Shown: positions 53,426 to 62,521 of the stretch, one piece after another
Position numbering within the stretch: the first letter of the stretch is position 1
How the letters are laid out: the number at the start of each line of letters is the position of its first letter
Source of the DNA: Parcubacteria group bacterium 21-54-25
Lineage (GTDB): Bacteria; Patescibacteriota; Minisyncoccia; Phycocordibacterales; Phycocordibacteraceae
Length of the DNA: 64,000 nucleotides
Assembly (NCBI GenBank): GCA_002255585.1
Contig: NCBJ01000004.1
Location: 6,415-70,414 of the forward strand
Reading direction: 5' to 3'
Position numbers and translations under genes: made by a program
The notes under the pieces: generated by a model
The model's input: only the letters and a program-made list of their open reading frames with translations
The model's database searches: none
Told to the model about the DNA's origin: nothing

Positions 53426-53752
53426 TTATGATGTGGGCCCTGGCTCGCCAAGCGCAGCAACATCTTTGGTAATAGCGCGTACGGTTTCAAGCATAATCTC
53501 GTCGGCGTCCGGAACGTGCTCGGTAAGAAACGTCGAAACCTCTTCTTCGGACGCATCGCGTTCCATAAGCTTCTCGAAGTCATCGCGAGTTTTCTGGTCC
53601 ATGCGCTCAATGAGCCGTATGAGCGTACCCTCGAATATTGTATCAGAGAGATCGAGCAAAATCTGCTCTTGTTCCGCGGGTGGGTATTCTGAAAGGTCCA
53701 GTGTGGAAAAAAGCGTTTCAATTGAGGAGTGGTGTGGTGTGGAAGTGGTCAT
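53426..53752 (-). CDS. Small acidic hypothetical protein
   Basis: 108 aa, strongly acidic and helical. Lies between the giant protein and the FKBP gene. Confidence 0.4.
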   Translation of the reverse strand: MTTSTPHHSSIETLFSTLDLSEYPPAEQEQILLDLSDTIFEGTLIRLIERMDQKTRDDFEKLMERDASEEEVSTFLTEHVPDADEIMLETVRAITKDVAALGEPGPTS

Positions 53753-53775
53753 GGCTTGAAATTATACTTATAAAA

Positions 53776-56661
53776 CTATTTTGATTGCGTGAACTTAGAT
53801 ATATCAATAGGTGGAACAGGGTTCCCCGAGGCATCAAGCATTGGTCTAAGTGATTGTAGCGGCGGACCATCTTTCGCGGTCTGTATGAATGAATAATTAG
53901 CTACAGTCATGCGCCCATTACTCATTTGATAGGGAACTAACGCCTGATCTTTGGGATGTTTGAGTAAATGCTCATACGCGACGAGTCGTTGCGCATCGAT
54001 ATCGCCACCATATACGACGATACGATGTGGAGCGTTCGAGTACACACGCGTCGGATCAAGCCCGCGTTGTGACGCAGTGTGGTTTACTCGTTCTAAGAAA
54101 TGCGCGAGTGTCTCGTTGCTCTCCGGACCCACACCGGATTGTGCCACAACATTTACCAGTTCTTTGTGAAGTTCGGGCGAAACATGTGGAGAATGATAGA
54201 GCACCGCAAACGCGGGAGTGTGCGCATAGTTCCCAAGCTCGCTCGGATCCAGCAGTTTAGCAATTTCGTGGTGGATTAATGCGGGACTTGGCGATACCTG
54301 AGCTGCCGCCTCTGTCACATGGTGGGTCGGTGCAACCCAAGAACCGGTATGCACCGGATTCCCCGACGAATCGCGCACAATTTCCCCTTCTTGGTTATAC
54401 AAGACACCCGGCTGGTGCTGTGGTGCATTTGCGGTATGGTGACCGGCGGTTTCTGCTGCATGTTGCGGCGCGGATGCCGCGGCTTCTGCGTGCGCTGTGG
54501 CACCAGGAGCAACTTGTTCTGTCGCATGCCCCGCACCGCTGGGCGCGTGATCGGTGTGGTACGATCCGCTAAATTGACTGATTTTCTCTATGTGGCCGCT
54601 CGCATCACTTGCGAGAACGTGGTTGTTGAAAACCAAATGTCCGCTCGTCGGGTCATACTGCAGGGTGTCTCCGGCATGCATTACACTGCTTTGGCCGAGC
54701 ATGCGAGCGGCTGACGGTGCTTTTGCGAACCCATACTCTTCTGAGAGATCGTGCAGGCGTGTGTGTAAAATATACTGCACTTCCGGCGGCGCCTTGCTCG
54801 GATCCGGATAGAGTTCACGCAGCTGGTGCTTCAGATCTCCAAAGAGCGCGTCTGCGCCCTCGTCCGACCTATCTATGTGCGCAACGGCCGCACGGGCATC
54901 GAGGTGGTGTTCTCCAGCGGTGTGCGGAACGGTGGCTTCCTGCGCAGGTCGAATGGGGGCTTCGTGCACAGCCGGTGCGTGGGCTGCGTGCTCAACGGGT
55001 GGCAGCAAACTGCTGTTTGAATGCACGTGTTCAACAGGTGCAGGAGCGGCAAGTGTTACGGTGTGTTCGGCAGGCATAGTCGCGACACCTTCAGGAGCGT
55101 GTGGGATCGGCGCGGCAGAATGAGTGGCCTGCTCGATTCCTGTAGTGGCACTAGCCGCGTGATCCAACACTGAGGCAGCAGACATGATTTCATGGGCAGC
55201 AGCGCCAGAGACACCAGCCGCAAACAGCGCCGCGGACGCCCGCTCCCAGAAACGGGCACCGCGTTCGATCGCCTCTTTCGATCCTTTTTTCCATGCACGT
55301 GTTTGCGCGTCGAGCTCTTCTCTACTTGAAATATCTTGCGTACGCGCCTTCGCCAACGCTGCTTCGCGACGCTTGCCAACCGTTGCTCGGTATCCTTTCC
55401 CGCCAGCGGCACCTGCCGCCGCGCCAAGCGGTGTGGAGGCGACGGTCGCACCGACAAGACCGCGGCCAGCACGCAACCCAAACGCCGAAAGCGCAGCAAT
55501 TGGCGCGGCAATACCCGCCACCGCACCCACCACAGTCCCTGCGGCGGTACCAAGAAAGGCAAACGCGACGACACGTCTTGCGCGTGCCACACGCTTGCCG
55601 TAGCGCGCCTCCTGCGCTTCGGTTTTTTGCTGCATCCAACGCACCGCTTTCCGAAAAGTAAGGTGGCTGGCTTCATCGAGTCCGCGCTCTTTGGCAGCGA
55701 TACGCGCACGTTCTCCTCGTCCGATAGTGTGGTGCGAGACCATACTGTTATAACGCGCGTGAATGGCCCGTCGATCGTCCGCGTCATGTATGACATTACT
55801 TTTTCTAAACCGAGCGCGGAGTGCGGCGCGCTCTATTTCAAACTGCTCTTTTTCCTCCTGCGAAATTTCTTTACTTTCAATTTTGTCGGTGAGCGCGTGA
55901 ATGTCTTCAATAAGTTCCATGCGATCAACGGACGATGTGTTGCGCGAGATGAGCTTTCGTGTCTCCCGTTGAACTTTCGTATCCGCATCATCTCCGTGCC
56001 GAGCCCTTTCCTGCTCCAGCGCTCCTTCTTCAGTAGCTAGTATCGCATTGTTCCGTGTGAAAAAATCCTGGTGTTTTTTCGCTAAGGCAAGATCGTCTTC
56101 AGGAGCGGACACAAAACGTTTAGCGGCGCGTTGCGCGACCGATTCATTTATTGCCTCTCGTAAAGCTAGCTGTGCGTCCTGATATTCCTCGTGCAGCTGC
56201 GTCACCCGTTCTCGTGCGAGCCGCTCTGGGCTGTTGCGTCCGGCAAGTCGACTTAAAAACCCGTGTTCTTTGTGCAGGGCGCGGTACGCGCCCAGGTATG
56301 CCGCTTCAGCTTTGAGCATTTTTCTACGTGCGTCTGCAACACCAGCGCGCTCGGCTAATGTATCAGCGATATTTGTCTGCGGCGCAACCCCCAGAGCGCG
56401 AGCGGGCGGACGATTAAGCTCGCTGGAATCAGCGACTCGCCCGCTTGGTATATCAGATCTGAGCAGCCCAGTTTTTCTGAGCTTTTCCTCCGCAACAGCA
56501 AGCTCCGCTTCGGAAGGGTTCTTAAACCCTGGGACTGATATGGAATCCGTGAGTTTCGTGTCGTGGGGTGCGACATCAGACAATTCTTTTACCGTCGCAC
56601 GCAGCTGCTCTCTCTTATCGTGCGGGGTTTCTCCCGTATTTCTTGTGGGACCTTCGCTCAT
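53776..56661 (-). CDS. Giant (961 aa) hypothetical protein: N-terminal coiled-coil, two central Gly/Ala-rich TM helices, C-terminal His/Ala-rich extracytoplasmic domain
   Basis: ATG at 56661 verified. About 390 aa of charged coiled-coil. TM pair near residues 400-450 (VVAFAFLGTAAGTVVGAVAGIAAPIAALSAFGL...). The C-terminal half is rich in His. No known domain recognised. Confidence 0.55.
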   Translation of the reverse strand: MSEGPTRNTGETPHDKREQLRATVKELSDVAPHDTKLTDSISVPGFKNPSEAELAVAEEKLRKTGLLRSDIPSGRVADSSELNRPPARALGVAPQTNIADTLAERAGVADARRKMLKAEAAYLGAYRALHKEHGFLSRLAGRNSPERLARERVTQLHEEYQDAQLALREAINESVAQRAAKRFVSAPEDDLALAKKHQDFFTRNNAILATEEGALEQERARHGDDADTKVQRETRKLISRNTSSVDRMELIEDIHALTDKIESKEISQEEKEQFEIERAALRARFRKSNVIHDADDRRAIHARYNSMVSHHTIGRGERARIAAKERGLDEASHLTFRKAVRWMQQKTEAQEARYGKRVARARRVVAFAFLGTAAGTVVGAVAGIAAPIAALSAFGLRAGRGLVGATVASTPLGAAAGAAGGKGYRATVGKRREAALAKARTQDISSREELDAQTRAWKKGSKEAIERGARFWERASAALFAAGVSGAAAHEIMSAASVLDHAASATTGIEQATHSAAPIPHAPEGVATMPAEHTVTLAAPAPVEHVHSNSSLLPPVEHAAHAPAVHEAPIRPAQEATVPHTAGEHHLDARAAVAHIDRSDEGADALFGDLKHQLRELYPDPSKAPPEVQYILHTRLHDLSEEYGFAKAPSAARMLGQSSVMHAGDTLQYDPTSGHLVFNNHVLASDASGHIEKISQFSGSYHTDHAPSGAGHATEQVAPGATAHAEAAASAPQHAAETAGHHTANAPQHQPGVLYNQEGEIVRDSSGNPVHTGSWVAPTHHVTEAAAQVSPSPALIHHEIAKLLDPSELGNYAHTPAFAVLYHSPHVSPELHKELVNVVAQSGVGPESNETLAHFLERVNHTASQRGLDPTRVYSNAPHRIVVYGGDIDAQRLVAYEHLLKHPKDQALVPYQMSNGRMTVANYSFIQTAKDGPPLQSLRPMLDASGNPVPPIDISKFTQSK

Positions 56662-56718
56662 ATATTATGTATTATCAACGACAAGCATGCGAACGCCAAA
56701 CCCTTCTGTGCACAGGGG

Positions 56719-59499
56719 CTACCCGCCGGTAAGATAGCGTGCATGAATAGTTTCTTCCACCATCGTGCGGTCGCGCCCATAGGTGAGGTAGGAAAGCTGG
56801 CGCAAATCATCCACTTGCGCCAAGTGTCTTTGAGGCGGCGGTAGTGTCTCTATATTAAACGGTTTTTGTGGTACGCCGCGTGCAAGAATCTTCACATACG
56901 CGCGATAGTTCTCGATACTAATGAAATCTGACGTCTCGAACGTCGGTGCAAACTGCTTGGCGAAGAACTCACCATCTTCTTCTCCCACACGGAATACTGC
57001 CATGGAGCCCACGTTGCCGAAAATCGCATCACGAATCTTCTCATCCACCTGATCGAGGTACTGGTGCGCGATATTGAGCGAAAGCTTGTACTTGCGCGCC
57101 TCGGAAAGAATACCAGGAATTGAATCGGTGGTGATGTTCTGAAACTCATCGATGTAGAGGTAAAACGGCGGGAAATCAGTACCTGGTGAGTCGGCGCGCG
57201 AAAGTGCGGCCATGAAAATCTTACCGACCAGGACGAGACCGATGAGGTTCGCGTTTCGCTCGCCCAAGCGGCCCTTGGAGAGATTCACGAGCAATATCTT
57301 TTTCTGGTCCATGATCTGCCGGAAATCGAACGATGACTCCTGCTGTCCGACGATGGGACGCATGAAATCGTTTGCGGTAAAGTCATCAAATTTGTTCGTG
57401 ATGTAGGGCACGATGTTCTCGAGCGATGCTTCCCCGCCGGCTTGCGTGGCAATCTCTGTCCAAAACTGGTTCACCACCGGATTTCTACTACGCGAGAGTT
57501 TCATATTGCGGAACGCAGTGTTCGAAAGTACGCGAGGAATGTCGAGCATGGTCGATCCACTTCCCGGGTCTTCCATGACAAGCTGCGTCGCGTTTCTAAA
57601 GTACTGCTCAAACGCCGGTCCCATACTCTCGGGCACATCGCCATACAGGCGACGAAAGATCGCGAGGAGTTCGTTCACGATAAAGGTTTTCTGCTCGGGA
57701 CGCTTCGGGTCGTATTCAAGCAAATTCAAGCCAAACGGTCGCTCGATGTATGCGGGATCAAAATAAATAACGTCTTCGTAACGCTCGGGCGGAATCATTG
57801 CGAGAATGTCGAGAATGTCATTACCGTGCGGATCGATGAAACAGGCACCGGCGCCCGCTTTTATGTCTTGCGCGATGAGTGTTTTCAAGAAAACTGTTTT
57901 ACCCGTGCCAGTCTGACCGATAACATAGAGGTGTCGGAGCCGGTCTTCCTCCGCAATACGTACCTTAGTTTCTTTTCCGCGAAACAAATTGGTCCCGAGC
58001 ACGGTTCCCGATTGCGGCAGATCGAGCGGCGCAGGTGCGGCGGTGAAGCGTGTTTGTTTCAAATGTGGCGAGGATTCGATACCTTCTGGCGGGAAGTGAT
58101 ACAGCGTGGTGAGCTCACGGAGCGAAAGTGGCATGGCGGCGGCACTCGGCGTGCGGAATGAAAATTCGTCCATGAACGCACGTGCGCGGCTTCCTGTCGC
58201 GCGCGTAAATATAAGCCGGTTTCCAAACGTGTTGTCAAACTGGTTAAACGCCGCCTCGAGGTCCGAGAGCACTTGGTCGGTACGTGCGGCCTGCGGCGAA
58301 GAAACCAGCAGCCGCAGCGTAATTCCCACGACCGGCGCAGAAATCTTTTTCTCCACCTGTTCGATGTCGTTTTTATTTGCTTCGGCCTGTCGCATTTCTG
58401 CCTCACGCGCCTTCTCTTCATCTTTTGGCTTGTTCCTAAAGAAAAGTTTCCCGAAATCATGCGCCACTTCGCCGAGCGTTGTCTCGGGAGTCTTAAATGC
58501 CTCTTCGCGCTTGACGCCCTTCCTGAGCGCCGAGAGTATTTTGCGATAGTGCGCCGTATAACGCTGTCCCTGTGGCTCAAAAATTATCTGCAGCGCAGCC
58601 CCCTCGCCCTCGGTCTCAATTTTCGCAAATGCATTGAGAATGGTGTTCAGTGGGTCGTAATCAAAATCTGTATAGTCTTTGAGCGGCAGCATCGCTGGCG
58701 CAGCGAGACGCGCGGTCGAAACAAGTGATGCGCCGTTCTCGACAAAAATGTTGTAATCGTTTGGCTGCGGTTCTATGTGCGCGTCTGGAAAGACCGCGAG
58801 AAGCTGTTTTTCAAAAAGGTCGCGGCGGCTGTTCGGAATCGCTACGTAAAAGAAAAGATGTGCGCTCTCAACGGGTACCGCAAGCTCAAGCGCTACGTAC
58901 GGTGGTTCTTTTTGGGCGACTGCCCCCACAGCGAGCATGCCTGAGTAAAATTGCTCCATTGCAGAGACGAGTTCTTTGAGCGTTTTACCGCGCGTTTCCG
59001 GCGCATCGCCCTTGTGCTCTGGCAGTGTTACTTCATACAGTGTCATATGAAGTGCCCTGAAGCGTGGGGCGTTCTCAACCATGCCGCGTATCGGTAATCC
59101 CGCCGCTACGTAGCGCACAAGAAAGCGATGGAAATCGTCAGTGATGTGTGGATTATTCAGTTTATCGAGCACGGCAAGCGAGTTCTTGATGCCGCGCGTT
59201 TCCATGATGCTGTAGAGCTCCGTCATCGTGTCGTCGTTATTGTCGGGATCCAGTCCCAACGAAAGTTCATGCACCTCAGACGCTGCCATCCGATAGGGCG
59301 GCGCAAGCACGGCTTCCTGCGGTGCCTGTCGGTGCGTCTGTATCGCCTCATGCGCCGCCGCTTCACGCTCTTGGCGAGCGGCCTCCGGCGCGAGCGGTAC
59401 CTGACGCAACGTTATGAGCTCTTGTTCTTTAGCGGCTACCTGTGCACGCAAGTGCGCGAGTTCCTCCTCTGGTGTCGAGAGCTGTGGCGTTCCTTCCAT
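56719..59499 (-). CDS. FtsK/HerA-superfamily ATPase with TraD/VirD4 (T4SS coupling protein)-like motor motifs and a large soluble N-terminal domain
   Basis: 926 aa. Walker A HLYVIGQTGTGKTVFLKTL followed about 20 aa later by FIDPHGNDI. Walker B/arginine region YLYIDEFQNITTDSIPGILSEARKYKLSLNIAHQYLDQV matches the TraD/VirD4 pattern DEF...AEARK...Q..sQL. No N-terminal TM segments. Confidence 0.6.
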   Translation of the reverse strand: MEGTPQLSTPEEELAHLRAQVAAKEQELITLRQVPLAPEAARQEREAAAHEAIQTHRQAPQEAVLAPPYRMAASEVHELSLGLDPDNNDDTMTELYSIMETRGIKNSLAVLDKLNNPHITDDFHRFLVRYVAAGLPIRGMVENAPRFRALHMTLYEVTLPEHKGDAPETRGKTLKELVSAMEQFYSGMLAVGAVAQKEPPYVALELAVPVESAHLFFYVAIPNSRRDLFEKQLLAVFPDAHIEPQPNDYNIFVENGASLVSTARLAAPAMLPLKDYTDFDYDPLNTILNAFAKIETEGEGAALQIIFEPQGQRYTAHYRKILSALRKGVKREEAFKTPETTLGEVAHDFGKLFFRNKPKDEEKAREAEMRQAEANKNDIEQVEKKISAPVVGITLRLLVSSPQAARTDQVLSDLEAAFNQFDNTFGNRLIFTRATGSRARAFMDEFSFRTPSAAAMPLSLRELTTLYHFPPEGIESSPHLKQTRFTAAPAPLDLPQSGTVLGTNLFRGKETKVRIAEEDRLRHLYVIGQTGTGKTVFLKTLIAQDIKAGAGACFIDPHGNDILDILAMIPPERYEDVIYFDPAYIERPFGLNLLEYDPKRPEQKTFIVNELLAIFRRLYGDVPESMGPAFEQYFRNATQLVMEDPGSGSTMLDIPRVLSNTAFRNMKLSRSRNPVVNQFWTEIATQAGGEASLENIVPYITNKFDDFTANDFMRPIVGQQESSFDFRQIMDQKKILLVNLSKGRLGERNANLIGLVLVGKIFMAALSRADSPGTDFPPFYLYIDEFQNITTDSIPGILSEARKYKLSLNIAHQYLDQVDEKIRDAIFGNVGSMAVFRVGEEDGEFFAKQFAPTFETSDFISIENYRAYVKILARGVPQKPFNIETLPPPQRHLAQVDDLRQLSYLTYGRDRTMVEETIHARYLTGG

Positions 59500-59568
59500 G
59501 TAGCAAGTATAAACTATCTCTCCGTAAATACGGGACCGGTGGCGGGGATTACCAATGCCGAGCGGTGT

Positions 59569-61524
59569 CTATGCAGCGACGACAGTCTTCTCTTCCTCTT
59601 CTTTTTTCTTTGGGGTAATGCCGTTTGCAATAAGCAGTTTCTCAAAATCATCGCGTTCGAGTGTCTCAACCTCGATAAGTCTTCCAGAAATCGCATCGAG
59701 TGCCCCACGATGCTTCTCAAGCAGTTTGTGGGCGCGGGTCTTCCCTTCCTCTATCATGCGAGAAATCTCTGCGTCGATTTTTGCCGCGACTTCCTGCGAA
59801 TACGGTTCGTGTATTGGCGGTGCTGACGTACGTTCTCCGGCAAAGGCAACCGGACCGAGCGCAGCACTCATGCCGTAGCGCACCACCATATCGCGCGCAA
59901 GCGCCGTCGCGACCGCTAAATCATTATGCGGACCGGTCGTTACATCATTGAAAATCATCTCTTCCGCAGCAAAACCACCGAGCGTTGAGGCAATGTCATC
60001 GAGAAACTCTTTTTTGCTCTGCATCTTTTTGTCTTCGAAAGGCAGCTTGAGCGTGTACCCGGCAGCGCGGCCACGGCTGATGATGGAAATTTTATGCACC
60101 GGGTCGGCATACGGCAACACCGAAGAAACGAGCGCGTGGCCTGCTTCATGGTAGGCCGTAATCTTTTTTTCTTTCGCTGAAAGCATGTGGCTCTTGCGCT
60201 CCGGACCGAGCATGACTTTTTCGATTGAGCGAATGAGATCATATTGGGTTACCTCCGTGCGACTTTCGCGCGCGGCAAGGATGGCGGCCTCATTCATGAG
60301 CGAATAGAGCTCTGCGCCAGAAAATCCTGGCGTTCGTTCGGCAATAACAGTGAGGTCTACATCGGGACCAAGTGGTTTTTTGCGCGCGTGAATCATGAGG
60401 ATTTCCTCGCGATCGCGCCGGTCTGGCAAGTCAATAACAACACGTCGGTCGAAACGACCGGGACGCAAAAGCGCCGGGTCAAGCACGTCCGGACGGTTAG
60501 AAGCCGCCATGACAATCACTTTTTCAGTCGGCTCGAAGCCATCCATCTCAACAAGTATTTGGTTCAGAGTCTGTTCGCGCTCGTCGTTGCCACCACCCAC
60601 GCCACTGCCACGCACGCGTCCAACCGCATCAATCTCATCGACAAAAATAATCGCGGGCGCTGCGCGCTTTGCCATTTGAAAAAGGTCACGCACGCGACTC
60701 GCCCCCACACCGACAAACATTTCTACAAATTCCGAACCAGAAATAGAAAAGAATGGCACGCCCGCCTCACCGGCGACTGCGCGCGCAAGAAGTGTCTTAC
60801 CAGTACCTGGCGCACCCATGAGGAGAATCCCTTTGGGAATGCGCGCACCGATATCAAGAAATTTCTTTGGATTTTTTAGAAAGTCGACAATCTCAACCAG
60901 TTCTTCCTTTGCTTCGCGGGCACCAGCAACGTCAGCAAACGTAACGCGCTGGGTGGTGTCGGCCGGGTCAGTCATACGTGCCTTTGATTGACCGAAAGAA
61001 AAGGCCTGCATACCAGCCCCTTTTACTTGGCGCGACAAGAACCAGAACAACAGCGCGAAAAACAAAAACGACAAGAGTACCGGGGCAAGCGTGGTGAGCC
61101 AGAAGTACCAACCAGACTCTCCTTCTATCGTGATAGCCGTTTTCGAAAGCTCGGTGGGCGTTACCCCGTAGGCGGTGAGTGTTTGCGCGAGCGCGGCAGC
61201 CGGATCTTTGCGTGAGGTACGCACCGTACCGTCGGTATACGTCAAATTCAGCCTGTCGCCCGAGACTTTTATTGCGGCCACCTTACCGGCAGAGACGTCT
61301 TGCGCAACCTGCGAGAGTGGAATGTCTTGTATCTTGGTCCCCGGCGAAGAAAAGAGAGTATACAAGCTCATGAGGAGCAGGAAAATGAGGATGGTTGAAA
61401 TGAGGTTGCCCGTGAACGAGGAGCCGAACTTCGGAAAGCGCGGTGGCTTTATCCCTGGTTTTTGTTTTTTGCCGCTGCCGCTGCGTGTAGAGCGACGCGC
61501 AAGACGTGGACGCGGGGTAGGCAT
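59569..61524 (-). CDS. ftsH: ATP-dependent zinc metalloprotease FtsH
   Basis: 651 aa. Two N-terminal TM helices; AAA+ module ([26 protein letters not shown]); zinc protease HEAGHA motif. Confidence 0.95.
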   Translation of the reverse strand: MPTPRPRLARRSTRSGSGKKQKPGIKPPRFPKFGSSFTGNLISTILIFLLLMSLYTLFSSPGTKIQDIPLSQVAQDVSAGKVAAIKVSGDRLNLTYTDGTVRTSRKDPAAALAQTLTAYGVTPTELSKTAITIEGESGWYFWLTTLAPVLLSFLFFALLFWFLSRQVKGAGMQAFSFGQSKARMTDPADTTQRVTFADVAGAREAKEELVEIVDFLKNPKKFLDIGARIPKGILLMGAPGTGKTLLARAVAGEAGVPFFSISGSEFVEMFVGVGASRVRDLFQMAKRAAPAIIFVDEIDAVGRVRGSGVGGGNDEREQTLNQILVEMDGFEPTEKVIVMAASNRPDVLDPALLRPGRFDRRVVIDLPDRRDREEILMIHARKKPLGPDVDLTVIAERTPGFSGAELYSLMNEAAILAARESRTEVTQYDLIRSIEKVMLGPERKSHMLSAKEKKITAYHEAGHALVSSVLPYADPVHKISIISRGRAAGYTLKLPFEDKKMQSKKEFLDDIASTLGGFAAEEMIFNDVTTGPHNDLAVATALARDMVVRYGMSAALGPVAFAGERTSAPPIHEPYSQEVAAKIDAEISRMIEEGKTRAHKLLEKHRGALDAISGRLIEVETLERDDFEKLLIANGITPKKKEEEEKTVVAA

Positions 61525-61621
61525 GATAATTCAAACTATAGCACACCCACACGCTAAATCACGCGTCGGCCCTTTGCTGCCGCCGCGCACACGTGCCACG
61601 CGGACGGGGTATACTCTCACC

Positions 61622-62068
61622 ATGTCGCTTATCGAGTATAAAAAGGCGGGACTGCGGTACGAAACGCTTGAAACCTTCGAGGCGGGCGTGGAACTCACGG
61701 GTGTGGAAGTGAAGGCGCTCCGCAAAAAAATGGGCTCACTCGACGGTGCGCGCGTGGTGGTGCGCGGTGGCGAAGCGTTTATTAGTGGTATGACCATTCC
61801 GCCCTACCAAGCCGCAAACACCCCTAAAGGTTACGACCCCGAACGAGCGCGACGACTCCTTCTCACCAAACGCGAAATAGCAGAGCTCGCCGGGGCTGAC
61901 GCGAAAAAAGGTTTGACACTAGTGCCACTTTCAATGTATAATGCGCACAGATTAATCAAGGCGAAAATCGCAATCGTGCGCGGCAAAGGCAAGGCCGACA
62001 AGCGAGAAGATTTAAAAAAGCGCGAGGCGGCACGTGAAGCCGAGCGCGCCTTGAAAGGAAACCGGTAG
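61622..62068 (+). CDS. smpB: SsrA-binding protein
   Basis: 148 aa from the ATG at 61622 (MSLIEYKKAGLRYETLETFEAGVELTGVEVKALR...), a canonical SmpB fold sequence. Immediately upstream of tmRNA. Confidence 0.9.
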   Translation: MSLIEYKKAGLRYETLETFEAGVELTGVEVKALRKKMGSLDGARVVVRGGEAFISGMTIPPYQAANTPKGYDPERARRLLLTKREIAELAGADAKKGLTLVPLSMYNAHRLIKAKIAIVRGKGKADKREDLKKREAAREAERALKGNR

Positions 62069-62111
62069 TCCCGACGTCGGCATAAGCACTCCTGTTGCTT
62101 GTGCCGACATC

Positions 62112-62521
62112 GGGGGTGACCGGCTTTGACGGTCTGTACCTTGAGAATGCGCGACGCGGTGCACGCTCACTTACCACCTAAAACTAGTGAGCACCTAAAC
62201 GTGCCAAGAAATCTCTTGCACGCGCAGTGTCGCCATACTTCGGTATGAACGACTTTGCGTTCGCGGCAGTGACGGCTCGAGCGTAAGCTCGCCTCGCTCT
62301 CGCGACGTCTCCCTACCTTGCGTTTGCAGGGGGTAGTCGAGGCGGAATGTACTGCATACTCGACGTGCGCGCGCCCACGCGTACTGTCTAAATTTTGGGA
62401 TCCGACAGGAGTGATTTTGTTTCAGTTCCTCGCACCCTGTCCTAGCTTCAACTGAAACTACGCGTCGTAGAAGCACCTCATGGTCCGGATTCGGACGGGA
62501 GTTCGATTCTCCCCACCTCCA
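62112..62521 (+). ncRNA. ssrA: tmRNA (ssrA)
   Basis: 5' end GGGGGUGACCGGCUUUGACGG. 3' end GGACGGGAGUUCGAUUCUCCCCACCUCCA, i.e. T-arm plus acceptor with the G3-U70 Ala identity pair. CCA not encoded. A candidate tag reading frame ends at TAA 62284-62286 (...NDFAFAAVTARA); the resume codon is uncertain. Confidence 0.8.

Noticed and set aside
55056-56040. Several 100-250-aa ORFs on both strands inside the 961-aa gene (for example 55056..55796, 55336..56040)
   Set aside because: They overlap the long verified-ATG ORF and are Arg/Pro/Ala-rich, as expected for alternative frames of a GC-rich Ala/His-coding gene. None has a motif.
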